From a phage: a DNA stretch of 64,000 nt. How positions within the stretch are numbered: the first letter of the stretch is position 1; every line of letters begins with the position of its first letter. The notes beneath the pieces were generated by a model. That model had not been told where the DNA came from, searched no databases, and saw only the letters and a list, made by a program, of their open reading frames with translations. The stretch lies in NCBI GenBank assembly GCA_036253035.1, contig GCA_036253035.1_4123.1. The stretch is one strand, 5' to 3'. The position numbers and the translations under genes are program-made. This document shows, one piece after another, positions 9,492 to 17,363 of this stretch.

Positions 9492-9833
9492 TTAATACTC
9501 AATAATGTGTTCTTCATAATCACCATTAGGCTCCTGTTTAGATTCTTTCATTAGTACTATCATCTTATGTACTAATGGCATAGGGAACTCTAAATCCCAT
9601 ACTAATGATTCCTGGAAGTATTCCTCTGGTGATAAAGTACTTAAATCTTCAATGTCAATGTGTTCGTACATATTATTTTCGTAATTAGCAAAAGAGATAT
9701 ATAAACCTCCTGTTAAACTGTAAGTAACTGTGAATGGTTTACCTTTGTAGTCCATTACATCTTTACATAGACTACTTTTAACGTATATATTTTCATACGA
9801 TATGTATACCCTGAGTTGAATTTTAGTTTTCAT
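9492..9833 (-). CDS. hypothetical protein, EEFFQ-motif family
   Basis: Motif SPEEYFQESLVWDLEF; start abuts stop of last array gene. Confidence 0.55.
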   Translation of the reverse strand: MKTKIQLRVYISYENIYVKSSLCKDVMDYKGKPFTVTYSLTGGLYISFANYENNMYEHIDIEDLSTLSPEEYFQESLVWDLEFPMPLVHKMIVLMKESKQEPNGDYEEHIIEY

Positions 9834-10083
9834 TTTTATATTTCTTCGCTTTCTGAGTTTTGGAATTAATCAATTCAATTAAAGTAATTAAGTACAACTT
9901 CAAATAATAATCTTGTTCATTCGTACCTAATGATACAAATAACTTATGCTCATAAATTAATACCTGTTTCACTACAAAGGGACACTTAATCCTCTGTATA
10001 GGTTTAAGTAAATGATAGTACTTATTAAATCTATGATACATTTCTAATTCTGTCAGTACTTTCATATTAAACACATACTCCAT
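9823..10083 (-). CDS. LGTNYQE-family small protein
   Basis: Core VSLGTNEQDYY; tandem array member. Confidence 0.6.
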   Translation of the reverse strand: MEYVFNMKVLTELEMYHRFNKYYHLLKPIQRIKCPFVVKQVLIYEHKLFVSLGTNEQDYYLKLYLITLIELINSKTQKAKKYKNEN

Positions 10084-10288
10084 TAGCAGTAGCAGTACTT
10101 AAAGCACTCAAATACCTCTGTACGGCTTGCTCTTGATGATCTGTACCTAAAAGTATATACACCCATAATTCATTGTAGTGTACATCTTCTGTATAAGGGT
10201 TGTTGTAACTTTTTGATAATATAGCATCAAATTCAGATGCATAATCCCTTGTGAACTTAAACATATCTTGTTGTGTTATGATTCTCAT
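10067..10288 (-). CDS. LGTNYQE-family small protein
   Basis: Core LLGTDHQEQ; start overlaps upstream stop. Confidence 0.65.
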   Translation of the reverse strand: MRIITQQDMFKFTRDYASEFDAILSKSYNNPYTEDVHYNELWVYILLGTDHQEQAVQRYLSALSTATANGVCV

Positions 10289-10500
10289 AACTTTTCCTGT
10301 ATAAGCTTCTTAAGTATTTCTATGTGTGAATTAACAGTTCTTTCTTGATGCTGTGTTCCTAAGAGTGTCAGTACTATCATCTCTGAACGCAAAAGATTTT
10401 TTTCAAGTTCACTTATATCAGTTCTTGAATCAAGTGCCATATATTTGTGATTATTCTTCCTGAATAGTGCCAAGTACTCTTGATTTGATATTATCTTCAT
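10285..10500 (-). CDS. LGTNYQE-family small protein
   Basis: Core LLGTQHQER; 4-nt start/stop overlaps both sides. Confidence 0.65.
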   Translation of the reverse strand: MKIISNQEYLALFRKNNHKYMALDSRTDISELEKNLLRSEMIVLTLLGTQHQERTVNSHIEILKKLIQEKL

Positions 10501-10712
10501 AGTTTACTTTGAATTTCCATTAAAAGTGCTCTAATATGCTCATTGACAAATCTCTCTTGGGAATCTGTGTCTAGGGTGAGAAGCATTCTTAATTCTGAAC
10601 CTCTGATGGTATATTCTAAATCATTCTTTGATTCTCGCATAAGTTTCTGAAAGGATGAGAAGTGTAATCCCATGAGTTCAATGTATTCTGCTGTTCCTAG
10701 TGGTTTTGGCAT
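10497..10712 (-). CDS. LGTNYQE-family small protein
   Basis: Core TLDTDSQER; coupled. Confidence 0.65.
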   Translation of the reverse strand: MPKPLGTAEYIELMGLHFSSFQKLMRESKNDLEYTIRGSELRMLLTLDTDSQERFVNEHIRALLMEIQSKL

Positions 10713-10924
10713 TTTAGTTCAATCGCTCGTTTAAGTGTATTAATATAATCATTAATATTGCATTCTTGATAGTTAGTCCCTAGTGTAGCTTGAACATAGA
10801 TTTCATTTCTCTTAATAATTTTATCCATATCTGGTATATCTGATGTGTTAATAACAAACAACTTCAAAAACAATCCATTTATAATTGTTAGGTATTCTTC
10901 GTCGGTAATCATTCGCATTTGCAT
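10697..10924 (-). CDS. LGTNYQE-family small protein
   Basis: Core TLGTNYQEC; coupled. Confidence 0.65.
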   Translation of the reverse strand: MQMRMITDEEYLTIINGLFLKLFVINTSDIPDMDKIIKRNEIYVQATLGTNYQECNINDYINTLKRAIELKCQNH

Positions 10925-11130
10925 CTTCTCAGTACTGATTCTTTAAGTTCATCAATGTAGTACTCTACATATTCTTCTTGTAGGTTTGTTCCGAGATGTA
11001 ACAGTACTCTTAAATCTGCTCTCAGTACTTCTTTATCATCTTCATCTATATCAGACAGTGTTATGTTTAAGAATTTACTTGAACTCTCTATAAGTAATAT
11101 TACTGAATCACCTTTGCTTAAAATTTTCAT
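10909..11130 (-). CDS. LGTNYQE-family small protein
   Basis: Core HLGTNLQEE; coupled. Confidence 0.65.
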   Translation of the reverse strand: MKILSKGDSVILLIESSSKFLNITLSDIDEDDKEVLRADLRVLLHLGTNLQEEYVEYYIDELKESVLRRCKCE

Positions 11131-11338
11131 AATCTCTTTTTGCTTTCCTCGCCAAAAGGTACATATACGATTCTTCGTATTGTGCTTGGTAGTTTGTGTT
11201 TAAGAGTCGAAACAACTTCTGTTCTGCTAGAACTAGTTGCTTATCTTCATAACAACGATAGCGTATCAACTTTTTGTATTCGATGTTGATTACATCCATT
11301 ACTATAAGCCCATGTTCATCATCTGTCAAGTGTTTCAT
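11108..11338 (-). CDS. LGTNYQE-family small protein
   Basis: Core LLNTNYQAQ; coupled. Confidence 0.6.
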   Translation of the reverse strand: MKHLTDDEHGLIVMDVINIEYKKLIRYRCYEDKQLVLAEQKLFRLLNTNYQAQYEESYMYLLARKAKRDYENFKQR

Positions 11339-11564
11339 GTATCTTTTCCTTAATAGTGATTTTAAGAGATTTAATTATACGTTCAACGTGATACTCCTGC
11401 CTATCAGTTCCAAGAAGGTATGGTAGTGCTTGGAATAGAGCTTCCGCATTCTTTTCCTCTGGGGTTTGGTTTGGGTTGTGAGGAAGTTGATTTGTATATC
11501 TCTTGGCACTAACTAATCTCTCGACGTATTCATTATATGTTAAGTATATCATTTCATTTTGCAT
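11319..11564 (-). CDS. LGTNYQE-family small protein
   Basis: Core LLGTDRQEY; N-terminus MQNEMIY identical to next copy. Confidence 0.65.
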   Translation of the reverse strand: MQNEMIYLTYNEYVERLVSAKRYTNQLPHNPNQTPEEKNAEALFQALPYLLGTDRQEYHVERIIKSLKITIKEKIHETLDR

Positions 11565-11784
11565 TTACTTTTTCCTTAATACTCATCATAAGATGTTCAA
11601 TCATATTTTGAACCATAAATTCTTGTTTATCAGTTCCAAGAACGTATGGTAACTTCTGAAACAATACATTTGCAGATACTTCATATATTGATTGATTTGG
11701 AACGAACTTAAGATTAATGTTTTTTGTTTTTAACATCTTCTCTTGAAATTCTTCATTCGTTATGTATATCATTTCATTTTGCAT
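11554..11784 (-). CDS. LGTNYQE-family small protein
   Basis: Core VLGTDKQEF; N-terminus MQNEMIY. Confidence 0.65.
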   Translation of the reverse strand: MQNEMIYITNEEFQEKMLKTKNINLKFVPNQSIYEVSANVLFQKLPYVLGTDKQEFMVQNMIEHLMMSIKEKVNAK

Positions 11785-12000
11785 TTACATTCTCTCATAT
11801 ATATTTTGGGTTAAAAGGTCAATCCAGATTTCCACATATCGTTGTTGGTGTTGCGTCCCTAACAGTACACCCAACTTAGCTTCACACTCTAATAACAATC
11901 TGGTTTTGTATGGTAGACTTTGAAATCCTATTGTAGCATCTAATTTGGAAATTGCATAGTTGATGCGTATGAACCTTTCTTGTAATGTGATGTTAATCAT
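11785..12000 (-). CDS. LGTNYQE-family small protein
   Basis: Core LLGTQHQQR. Confidence 0.65.
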   Translation of the reverse strand: MINITLQERFIRINYAISKLDATIGFQSLPYKTRLLLECEAKLGVLLGTQHQQRYVEIWIDLLTQNIYERM

Positions 12001-12259
12001 TCCTAGTACACCTTAGTGGGCGGGTCATTTGATGAAAGTACAGCTTACCTCTGATTTCCATTAGTAATTCATTTAATACGAGTTGTACCTCTTGTTCTTG
12101 ATAGTTAGTTCCTAGCATAGCACCCATTATCAACTCACGTATCATAATCATCTTCTTGTCGTGTTTGATTTCTTCGCTGTAATAGATTTCGGTGCGTTTA
12201 GTTGAGATTTTTGCACGTCGCTCGTTATATTCATCTTTACTTAAATTGATCATTTTCAT
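11993..12259 (-). CDS. LGTNYQE-family small protein
   Basis: Core MLGTNYQEQ; start moved to ATG of MKMINLSKDEY (track start is TTG within upstream gene). Confidence 0.6.
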   Translation of the reverse strand: MKMINLSKDEYNERRAKISTKRTEIYYSEEIKHDKKMIMIRELIMGAMLGTNYQEQEVQLVLNELLMEIRGKLYFHQMTRPLRCTRND

Positions 12260-12260
12260 G

Positions 12261-12491
12261 TTAATTACCCTTACATTTATTTTCAATACTATTCATGAGT
12301 TCTTTAAGATAGTTTTTTACCTTACCTGCCTGATAGTTCGTCCCTAGAAAGTTGCACAACTCTGCTTCTATGATTTTGATTTTCCTGATATCAGGCTTCA
12401 ATCTTTTGTTATTGAATATTTGAATCCTTATATCTCTGGATGCATTTAAACGTTTTTGATATTCATGGTAAGTTAAATTAATCATTTTCAT
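12261..12491 (-). CDS. LGTNYQE-family small protein
   Basis: Core FLGTNYQAG; N-terminus MKMINL. Confidence 0.65.
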   Translation of the reverse strand: MKMINLTYHEYQKRLNASRDIRIQIFNNKRLKPDIRKIKIIEAELCNFLGTNYQAGKVKNYLKELMNSIENKCKGN

Positions 12492-12706
12492 TTACGTTTA
12501 ACCTCTCGCTGGAGGGAATCAATTAACATCAGTACCGCATTCTCTTGATAGTTTGTTCCTAAGACTGAAAGCATCTTTATCTCATTTACTAAAATCAACT
12601 TCTTTGAGGGTTCAATAATGTGACTATCATAAACGGCCTTACGTGCTGGATAAGTTTTCGCCAGTATAACATAAAATTCGTCTTTACTTAAATTAATCAT
12701 TTGCAT
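12488..12706 (-). CDS. LGTNYQE-family small protein
   Basis: Core VLGTNYQEN; N-terminus MQMINL. Confidence 0.65.
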   Translation of the reverse strand: MQMINLSKDEFYVILAKTYPARKAVYDSHIIEPSKKLILVNEIKMLSVLGTNYQENAVLMLIDSLQREVKRK

Positions 12707-12915
12707 TTACTTTTAACCTCTTTCTGTAGTGCATCGATCCATAGGTCTACATAAGTGTGTTGATAGTTTGTGCCTAAGAGTGTTAAGACATAAAGTTCAG
12801 TTATCATTATATACTTTCGTTCTTCGGCAATTTTTTTATCCTTTTGAATCATTCTCCTTCTGATTCCACAGGTTTGTAGAAGCTTAACATATTCGAAACC
12901 TATTAATTTTCTCAT
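12697..12915 (-). CDS. LGTNYQE-family small protein
   Basis: Core LLGTNYQHT; start moved to ATG of MRKLIGFEY abutting upstream stop. Confidence 0.6.
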   Translation of the reverse strand: MRKLIGFEYVKLLQTCGIRRRMIQKDKKIAEERKYIMITELYVLTLLGTNYQHTYVDLWIDALQKEVKSKCK

Positions 12916-13127
12916 TTTAAACTCACCGACTTCAGACGTAAGCTGCTTAACCATGCGTCTATGTAGATACTTTGATAGTTTGTCCCAATGAAGAGTAATA
13001 GCTTCATTTCAGCTATTATAACACATCGGTCCGCTTCTGCAATAGAATTATCTAAAAAAGTCCACGAGACTTTTCCTTGTATAGTTCTTAACCTATTGTA
13101 ATACTCATGCTCAGTCAGGATTTTCAT
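12912..13127 (-). CDS. LGTNYQE-family small protein
   Basis: Core FIGTNYQSI; start moved to ATG of MKILTEHEY, preceded by GGAGA. Confidence 0.6.
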   Translation of the reverse strand: MKILTEHEYYNRLRTIQGKVSWTFLDNSIAEADRCVIIAEMKLLLFIGTNYQSIYIDAWLSSLRLKSVSLK

Positions 13128-13374
13128 TCTCACGTCTCCATATCTCGGTTCTAATGTGTTGGCAGTGTGCATCGATGAACATATCTATAGATTTGGTAAT
13201 TGCTGTTTTATCAGTGCCTGTCATCAGTACAAGCATCTCTGCCTCACTATGAATTAAACGCATGATATCATAGGGTAATATTTCAGATACTGTATCATAG
13301 TGTTTTTGTCCTAGATTCTGTAATAGTTTAAAATACATTTTGTGATTTAGTCTTTGTTGCATTGTCTCTTCCAT
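13111..13374 (-). CDS. LGTNYQE-family small protein (divergent)
   Basis: Same size and position in array; core degenerated to LMTGTDKTA; start uncertain. Confidence 0.5.
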   Translation of the reverse strand: MEETMQQRLNHKMYFKLLQNLGQKHYDTVSEILPYDIMRLIHSEAEMLVLMTGTDKTAITKSIDMFIDAHCQHIRTEIWRRENENPD

Positions 13375-13598
13375 TCTCTTTGGGCTTGGCGGGTTTTATC
13401 TGATATTTCGTTTCTCAGTGCAGAGATATATCGTTGAGTGAACAGTTCTTGATAGTTTGTTCCAATGAATTTCATAAGATAAACATCACCGTTGATAACA
13501 TCCAATTCAGGTGCACCATGTAATGCATAGTTTTTTCTAAGGGTGTTAAGAAGAGAGAAGAGGGCAGTCTGATACTCAGTGCTTGATAAAGTCTTCAT
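13347..13598 (-). CDS. LGTNYQE-family small protein
   Basis: Core FIGTNYQEL; start moved to ATG of MKTLSSTEY. Confidence 0.55.
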   Translation of the reverse strand: MKTLSSTEYQTALFSLLNTLRKNYALHGAPELDVINGDVYLMKFIGTNYQELFTQRYISALRNEISDKTRQAQREWKRQCNKD

Positions 13599-13833
13599 AT
13601 TTTTCCACAATTCGTTCATTTAGTTTTATCTGTATAAGATCCATTAGTTGTTCAAGATAATCGGTACAATATTTCTCTTGATATTGGGTTCCCACAAAGT
13701 ACAGCAACCATAGCTCATGAACTTTAACTTTCATCTCGTTCCATGAAAGTTCACCGTCATCGTAGATTAGTCTTGCTTCTGGGGTGAGCTTTCGAATTCT
13801 AAGTGAATATTCATCGTTCGTCAAGTGTTTCAT
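13576..13833 (-). CDS. LGTNYQE-family small protein
   Basis: Core FVGTQYQEK; N-terminus MKHLTNDEY. Confidence 0.65.
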   Translation of the reverse strand: MKHLTNDEYSLRIRKLTPEARLIYDDGELSWNEMKVKVHELWLLYFVGTQYQEKYCTDYLEQLMDLIQIKLNERIVEKYEDFIKH

Positions 13834-13988
13834 TTACATTTATCCCTTATTAGATTTGTGAGTGCAACTATGTGTTCATGGACATAAAAATTCTGATGAG
13901 AAGTTCCAAGAAAGTACAGCATCCATCCCTCACTCTGCTCGACTTTTAGTTTAGTATCGAGTTGGTCAGATATGTTAATGAAAACCAT
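13830..13988 (-). CDS. LGTNYQE-family small protein, N-terminally shortened (52 aa, below track cutoff)
   Basis: Manually translated MVFINISDQLDTKLKVEQSEGWMLYFLGTSHQNFYVHEHIVALTNLIRDKCK; start and stop overlap both neighbours. Confidence 0.5.
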   Translation of the reverse strand: MVFINISDQLDTKLKVEQSEGWMLYFLGTSHQNFYVHEHIVALTNLIRDKCK

Positions 13989-14212
13989 TAGTTCTTTTCC
14001 TTTCTTTCTATTTGTTTCATAAGAACATTGATATACTCACCCGCAAACCTATTCTGATACTGCGTCCCCATGAATTCCAACATCCATACTTCAGCAACCT
14101 TTTCTTCAATTTCAGTCCATTGTAAGTACATCATAGTGAAGTAAATGGTGTTCTCTTTTTTTCTGGCACTCTTAGCACGGGCCTCGTATTCAAAGTTATT
14201 AATGATGTTCAT
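13988..14212 (-). CDS. LGTNYQE-family small protein
   Basis: Core FMGTQYQNR. Confidence 0.65.
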   Translation of the reverse strand: MNIINNFEYEARAKSARKKENTIYFTMMYLQWTEIEEKVAEVWMLEFMGTQYQNRFAGEYINVLMKQIERKEKN

Positions 14213-14426
14213 TACATTTGTCCATTATGTAATTAGTGAGTGCAACGATGTGCTCATGAACATAGCCTTCTTGGAAGTTAGTCCCCAGTACAGCCAACAT
14301 GCGAATCTCGGTGGTGTTTATCCTGTGTTCCCTTATAGATAAACATTCTTTTTGTGGAAGTGTAAAATATTTGTTTATTACAGCAATGATAATTTTATTC
14401 TTCTCTATATTACTTAAATGTTTCAT
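14199..14426 (-). CDS. LGTNYQE-family small protein
   Basis: Core VLGTNFQEG. Confidence 0.65.
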   Translation of the reverse strand: MKHLSNIEKNKIIIAVINKYFTLPQKECLSIREHRINTTEIRMLAVLGTNFQEGYVHEHIVALTNYIMDKCNEHH

Positions 14427-14638
14427 AGTTTGCTCCTGACGTATTTCTCAAGAGATGACAAATACTTTTCCTCATAATACTCCTGATAGTCTGTTCCCAA
14501 GAATGCACCCAAAAGTATTTCATTTTCCAATACCTCGGCTAAGTTTAAATCAGAAGTCTCTTCGTATATTATGAGGATTTCAAGTTGTCTGGCAGCGATG
14601 CGTTCAGTATATTGATATGATTTTTCTAGAATAATCAT
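14423..14638 (-). CDS. LGTNYQE-family small protein
   Basis: Core FLGTDYQEY; near-duplicate of next copy (MIIL...). Confidence 0.65.
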   Translation of the reverse strand: MIILEKSYQYTERIAARQLEILIIYEETSDLNLAEVLENEILLGAFLGTDYQEYYEEKYLSSLEKYVRSKL

Positions 14639-14847
14639 AGTTTACTCTTAATGTGGTTCTGAAGTGCAATAAAGTATTCTCCTACATAATACTCCTGAAA
14701 GTCTGTATCCAAAAATGCACCCATAAGTAAATCCTTCTCCATTACCCTTGATAAGTTAAGATCTGCATTTGAAAGGTATATAAGTAATATTTCAGCCTGG
14801 ACAGATTTAAAACGTTTCTTATATTCTTCAGGTGTTAATATAATCAT
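14635..14847 (-). CDS. LGTNYQE-family small protein
   Basis: Core FLDTDFQEY. Confidence 0.65.
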   Translation of the reverse strand: MIILTPEEYKKRFKSVQAEILLIYLSNADLNLSRVMEKDLLMGAFLDTDFQEYYVGEYFIALQNHIKSKL

Positions 14848-15053
14848 AGTTTACTCTTAATATCTTCTATTAAAAATCGAATCCAATCTTGAACATACTC
14901 TTCCTGATGGTTTGTGTTCAGTACAGCCAACATACGGATCTCTGCTCTTGCAACTTCAATTTCAGTTTTAGGAAGGTCTTTGCTGATATCCACCATTAAG
15001 TCCATGTATTTCAAGATAAGACCGTATGATTGGGTTCGTGTTATAGTTTTCAT
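14844..15053 (-). CDS. LGTNYQE-family small protein
   Basis: Core VLNTNHQEE. Confidence 0.65.
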   Translation of the reverse strand: MKTITRTQSYGLILKYMDLMVDISKDLPKTEIEVARAEIRMLAVLNTNHQEEYVQDWIRFLIEDIKSKL

Positions 15054-15250
15054 TGTTTCCTCGTGGACAAAATTTCATTTTTCAATGTATCCACATATTT
15101 CGTTACCCATGCATCCTGATAGTTAGTTCCCAATGTAATCAAAAGGTATAACTCCATTCGTTCTACGTGTGAGTCTGTATTATAAATCTTTGTGAAGTTT
15201 TTACGTAACAGTGCTTGATATTCTTTTTCGGTTAATTTACGCATTTTCAT
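15050..15250 (-). CDS. LGTNYQE-family small protein
   Basis: Core TLGTNYQDA. Confidence 0.65.
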   Translation of the reverse strand: MKMRKLTEKEYQALLRKNFTKIYNTDSHVERMELYLLITLGTNYQDAWVTKYVDTLKNEILSTRKQ

Positions 15251-15444
15251 AGTTTACTCGTTACATCTTCAATTAAATACCAAATCCAATCCTTGACATA
15301 CCTTTCCTGATAGTTAGTCCCAATGAATAGTGCCATAATTAATTCACGCTTATAGGCAATACCACGGTCATGTGACTTATACATTATCATAGCCATGTTA
15401 TTGATAAGTCTTTCGTGGTGTTCTGCTTGAGTTAAAATACGCAT
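15247..15444 (-). CDS. LGTNYQE-family small protein (first gene of array)
   Basis: Core FIGTNYQER; start moved to ATG of MRILTQAEH with AAGGGAG RBS 5 nt upstream; track start lies inside the promoter. Confidence 0.6.
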   Translation of the reverse strand: MRILTQAEHHERLINNMAMIMYKSHDRGIAYKRELIMALFIGTNYQERYVKDWIWYLIEDVTSKL

Positions 15445-15474
15445 AGGGACTCCCTTGAAAATAATATCAATCAT

Positions 15475-15502
15475 ATAATATATGAATTGTATAAAAAGTC
15501 AA
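15475..15502 (-). promoter_or_regulatory. sigma70-like promoter for the LGTNYQE array (TTGACT-N16-TATTAT)
   Basis: Minus-strand -35 at 15497-15502, -10 at 15475-15480; only promoter-like site upstream of the 26-gene array. Confidence 0.5.
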
Positions 15503-15693
15503 TAACATTTTATTCGTAATACCCCTTTATCGAAGTCGCTAAGGTTACCCGCCCTTTAGCCCCCTACGCATTTTGCCATAGTCCAATCCCTTTTATTTTA
15601 AAAAAGTCAAGGGATTACCTATGCATTTTTTTAACGCATTATTTTAAAAACGCCTTGACTTTTTTCTGAATCAGTACTAGATCCCTTTACGCA

Positions 15694-15903
15694 TTAATCC
15701 TTCGTTACGCTAACGATTATCTGTGTATCCCCGTAGTCCTGCCATACTTCCACGCCATCCGTCGCCCTGGTTAGTCGTGCTGTCATCTGCTTAACAGTCT
15801 TAGGCTTTAGTGGAACCTGTTGCAGTACTGTACGCATAGCATCACTGACGTTATCATGTACGCCAGCAATAGTACCTAGAACGCTGTATACTGTATAGAA
15901 CAT
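15694..15903 (-). CDS. hypothetical protein (69 aa)
   Basis: ATG with AGGAGG RBS 8 nt upstream. Confidence 0.6.
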   Translation of the reverse strand: MFYTVYSVLGTIAGVHDNVSDAMRTVLQQVPLKPKTVKQMTARLTRATDGVEVWQDYGDTQIIVSVTKD

Positions 15904-15971
15904 ATGTATGCCCTCCTGATATAGTTAAGGCCGCTAGAGAGCGGCCTATGATGTTTGGTGATGTGTAATGC

Positions 15972-16373
15972 TTACAGCCCTAAGATAGTGCGTGCTTCGT
16001 TACGTTCCGTCCATAGCTGCATGATGTGAGCAAGTAAGTCCTTACTAATGTATCCGGTGTTCATAGCTTCACGGATAGATACATCATAAGCACCGAACCC
16101 CGTGCGAACGATACGCACATCATTTAGGTTAGTGTTATAGATACCGCCAAGATCAACGGCTTCGAATACTGCATCAACTGAATACTCATTGTTACCATCG
16201 TTGAAGTTTTCTAGTGCAATAGTATTGGATACCGCCCAACGTTTGCAGTTTCCAATGATGCGGCATTGTTCCGGTTGGAGAGTGCCATTACTTACAGCGT
16301 ACTCCAGTGCATCTTTACCAAAAGTCCGAGCCAGTACTAAAACGTCAGCGAAGGAAGTGATTGAGAAGGTCAT
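15972..16373 (-). CDS. hypothetical protein (133 aa)
   Basis: Start moved to ATG of MTFSITSF with AAGGAG RBS; track N-terminal extension runs through 5' hairpin. Confidence 0.6.
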   Translation of the reverse strand: MTFSITSFADVLVLARTFGKDALEYAVSNGTLQPEQCRIIGNCKRWAVSNTIALENFNDGNNEYSVDAVFEAVDLGGIYNTNLNDVRIVRTGFGAYDVSIREAMNTGYISKDLLAHIMQLWTERNEARTILGL

Positions 16374-16462
16374 GATAAAACTCCTTAATTTAGGAGGGAG
16401 AACCATTTCCCCCTCTCTATGTAAAACATTATACTTGATTCTAAGTACAATGCAAGTACTTT

Positions 16463-16789
16463 TTACATTTTAATTCCTGGATTCAGGTAACGATGTGATC
16501 CGTATTCTGGATCGGTTTCGGTCCAGTACTGTAAATCGATAGTACCTTTAGCGTTAATCTTGTCTACCAGCTTATTCATCTTACTGTAGACTACTTCGCT
16601 AGGGATGTAGTGTAATCCTTTATTATAGAAGTAGTGGTTAGCTTCACTATCGTTTAAGATATAGCGTGCACCGTTTGCGGTTTGTGCAACAATGAAAGAG
16701 TATTCTACTTCCCGATCATTACCATCAACAGTAATGCGGTCGAAATTGGTACGGATGAAAGCTTTAACGATAGCGATTGAAGTACTCAT
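16463..16789 (-). CDS. hypothetical protein (108 aa)
   Basis: ATG with AGGAG RBS; upstream GC hairpin and TTGACA promoter. Confidence 0.6.
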   Translation of the reverse strand: MSTSIAIVKAFIRTNFDRITVDGNDREVEYSFIVAQTANGARYILNDSEANHYFYNKGLHYIPSEVVYSKMNKLVDKINAKGTIDLQYWTETDPEYGSHRYLNPGIKM

Positions 16790-16889
16790 GGTGAATCTCC
16801 TAACTTTGTGGGCCGTCGCACCATTGCCGCCCTACGAGATACATTATTGCAGTACTGATATACTTTGTCAATACTTTTTCTATTAAAAT

Positions 16890-17105
16890 TTATTTACAGA
16901 ACTGTAGCCCGACTGTGTTCGGATAGTACACACATCTTTCACGCTTACCGCTAAACGCAGATATCCAGGATAATTTGTATGCCACTGGTTCCGGTGCAAG
17001 AGGATTATTTGAATAATCGAGAACTTTAACAATTAAACGGTCCCCAACATACCAGCCAGTTGACTCTTTGATACGGTCGATAATTTCTTGTTTGGTTAAC
17101 GCCAT
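16890..17105 (-). CDS. hypothetical protein (71 aa)
   Basis: Start moved to ATG of MALTKQEI; track GTG start lies inside 5' hairpin. Confidence 0.5.
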   Translation of the reverse strand: MALTKQEIIDRIKESTGWYVGDRLIVKVLDYSNNPLAPEPVAYKLSWISAFSGKRERCVYYPNTVGLQFCK

Positions 17106-17322
17106 TTTATATCTCGCTCTTTTGGAGGTGGGCTGCACTATTGCCGCCCTACGAGATACATTATCTCAGTACTGATATACTTTGTCAATACTTTTTTTGA
17201 AATAGTTTTGAGTACTGGCATTACATCCACCAGCAGATAGTTACTCACCGTTATTAACTATCTTATAGATACTTCTCTGCACCCTGTGGGCTAGTTTTTG
17301 TCTATGCGTATATAATAGCAAA

Positions 17323-17352
17323 GGGACTGACCGGAGTCAATCCCTTTTTTTT
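17323..17352. terminator. intrinsic terminator hairpin (GGGACTGACCGGAGTCAATCCC + T8) with embedded minus-strand TTGACT-N17-TATTAT
   Basis: 9-bp stem with one mismatch, CGGA loop, T-run on plus side; member of 6-copy element family. Confidence 0.55.
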
Positions 17353-17363
17353 ATTCTTTTTTG

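Noticed and set aside
9823-15444. Regular ~215-bp periodicity that could suggest a CRISPR-like or satellite array
   Set aside because: Each unit is a complete ORF with start, stop and conserved protein motif; there are no short 25-40-bp direct repeats alternating with unique spacers.
16374-16406. N-terminal extensions of many track ORFs (for example 15972..16406, 16890..17138, 17653..17967, 18839..19117, 19285..19926, 19901..20200, 26538..26720, 32353..32982, 33264..33584, 49277..49342)
   Set aside because: The extensions read through the promoter -10, the 5' hairpin or the SD; an internal ATG with proper SD spacing is the more plausible start.
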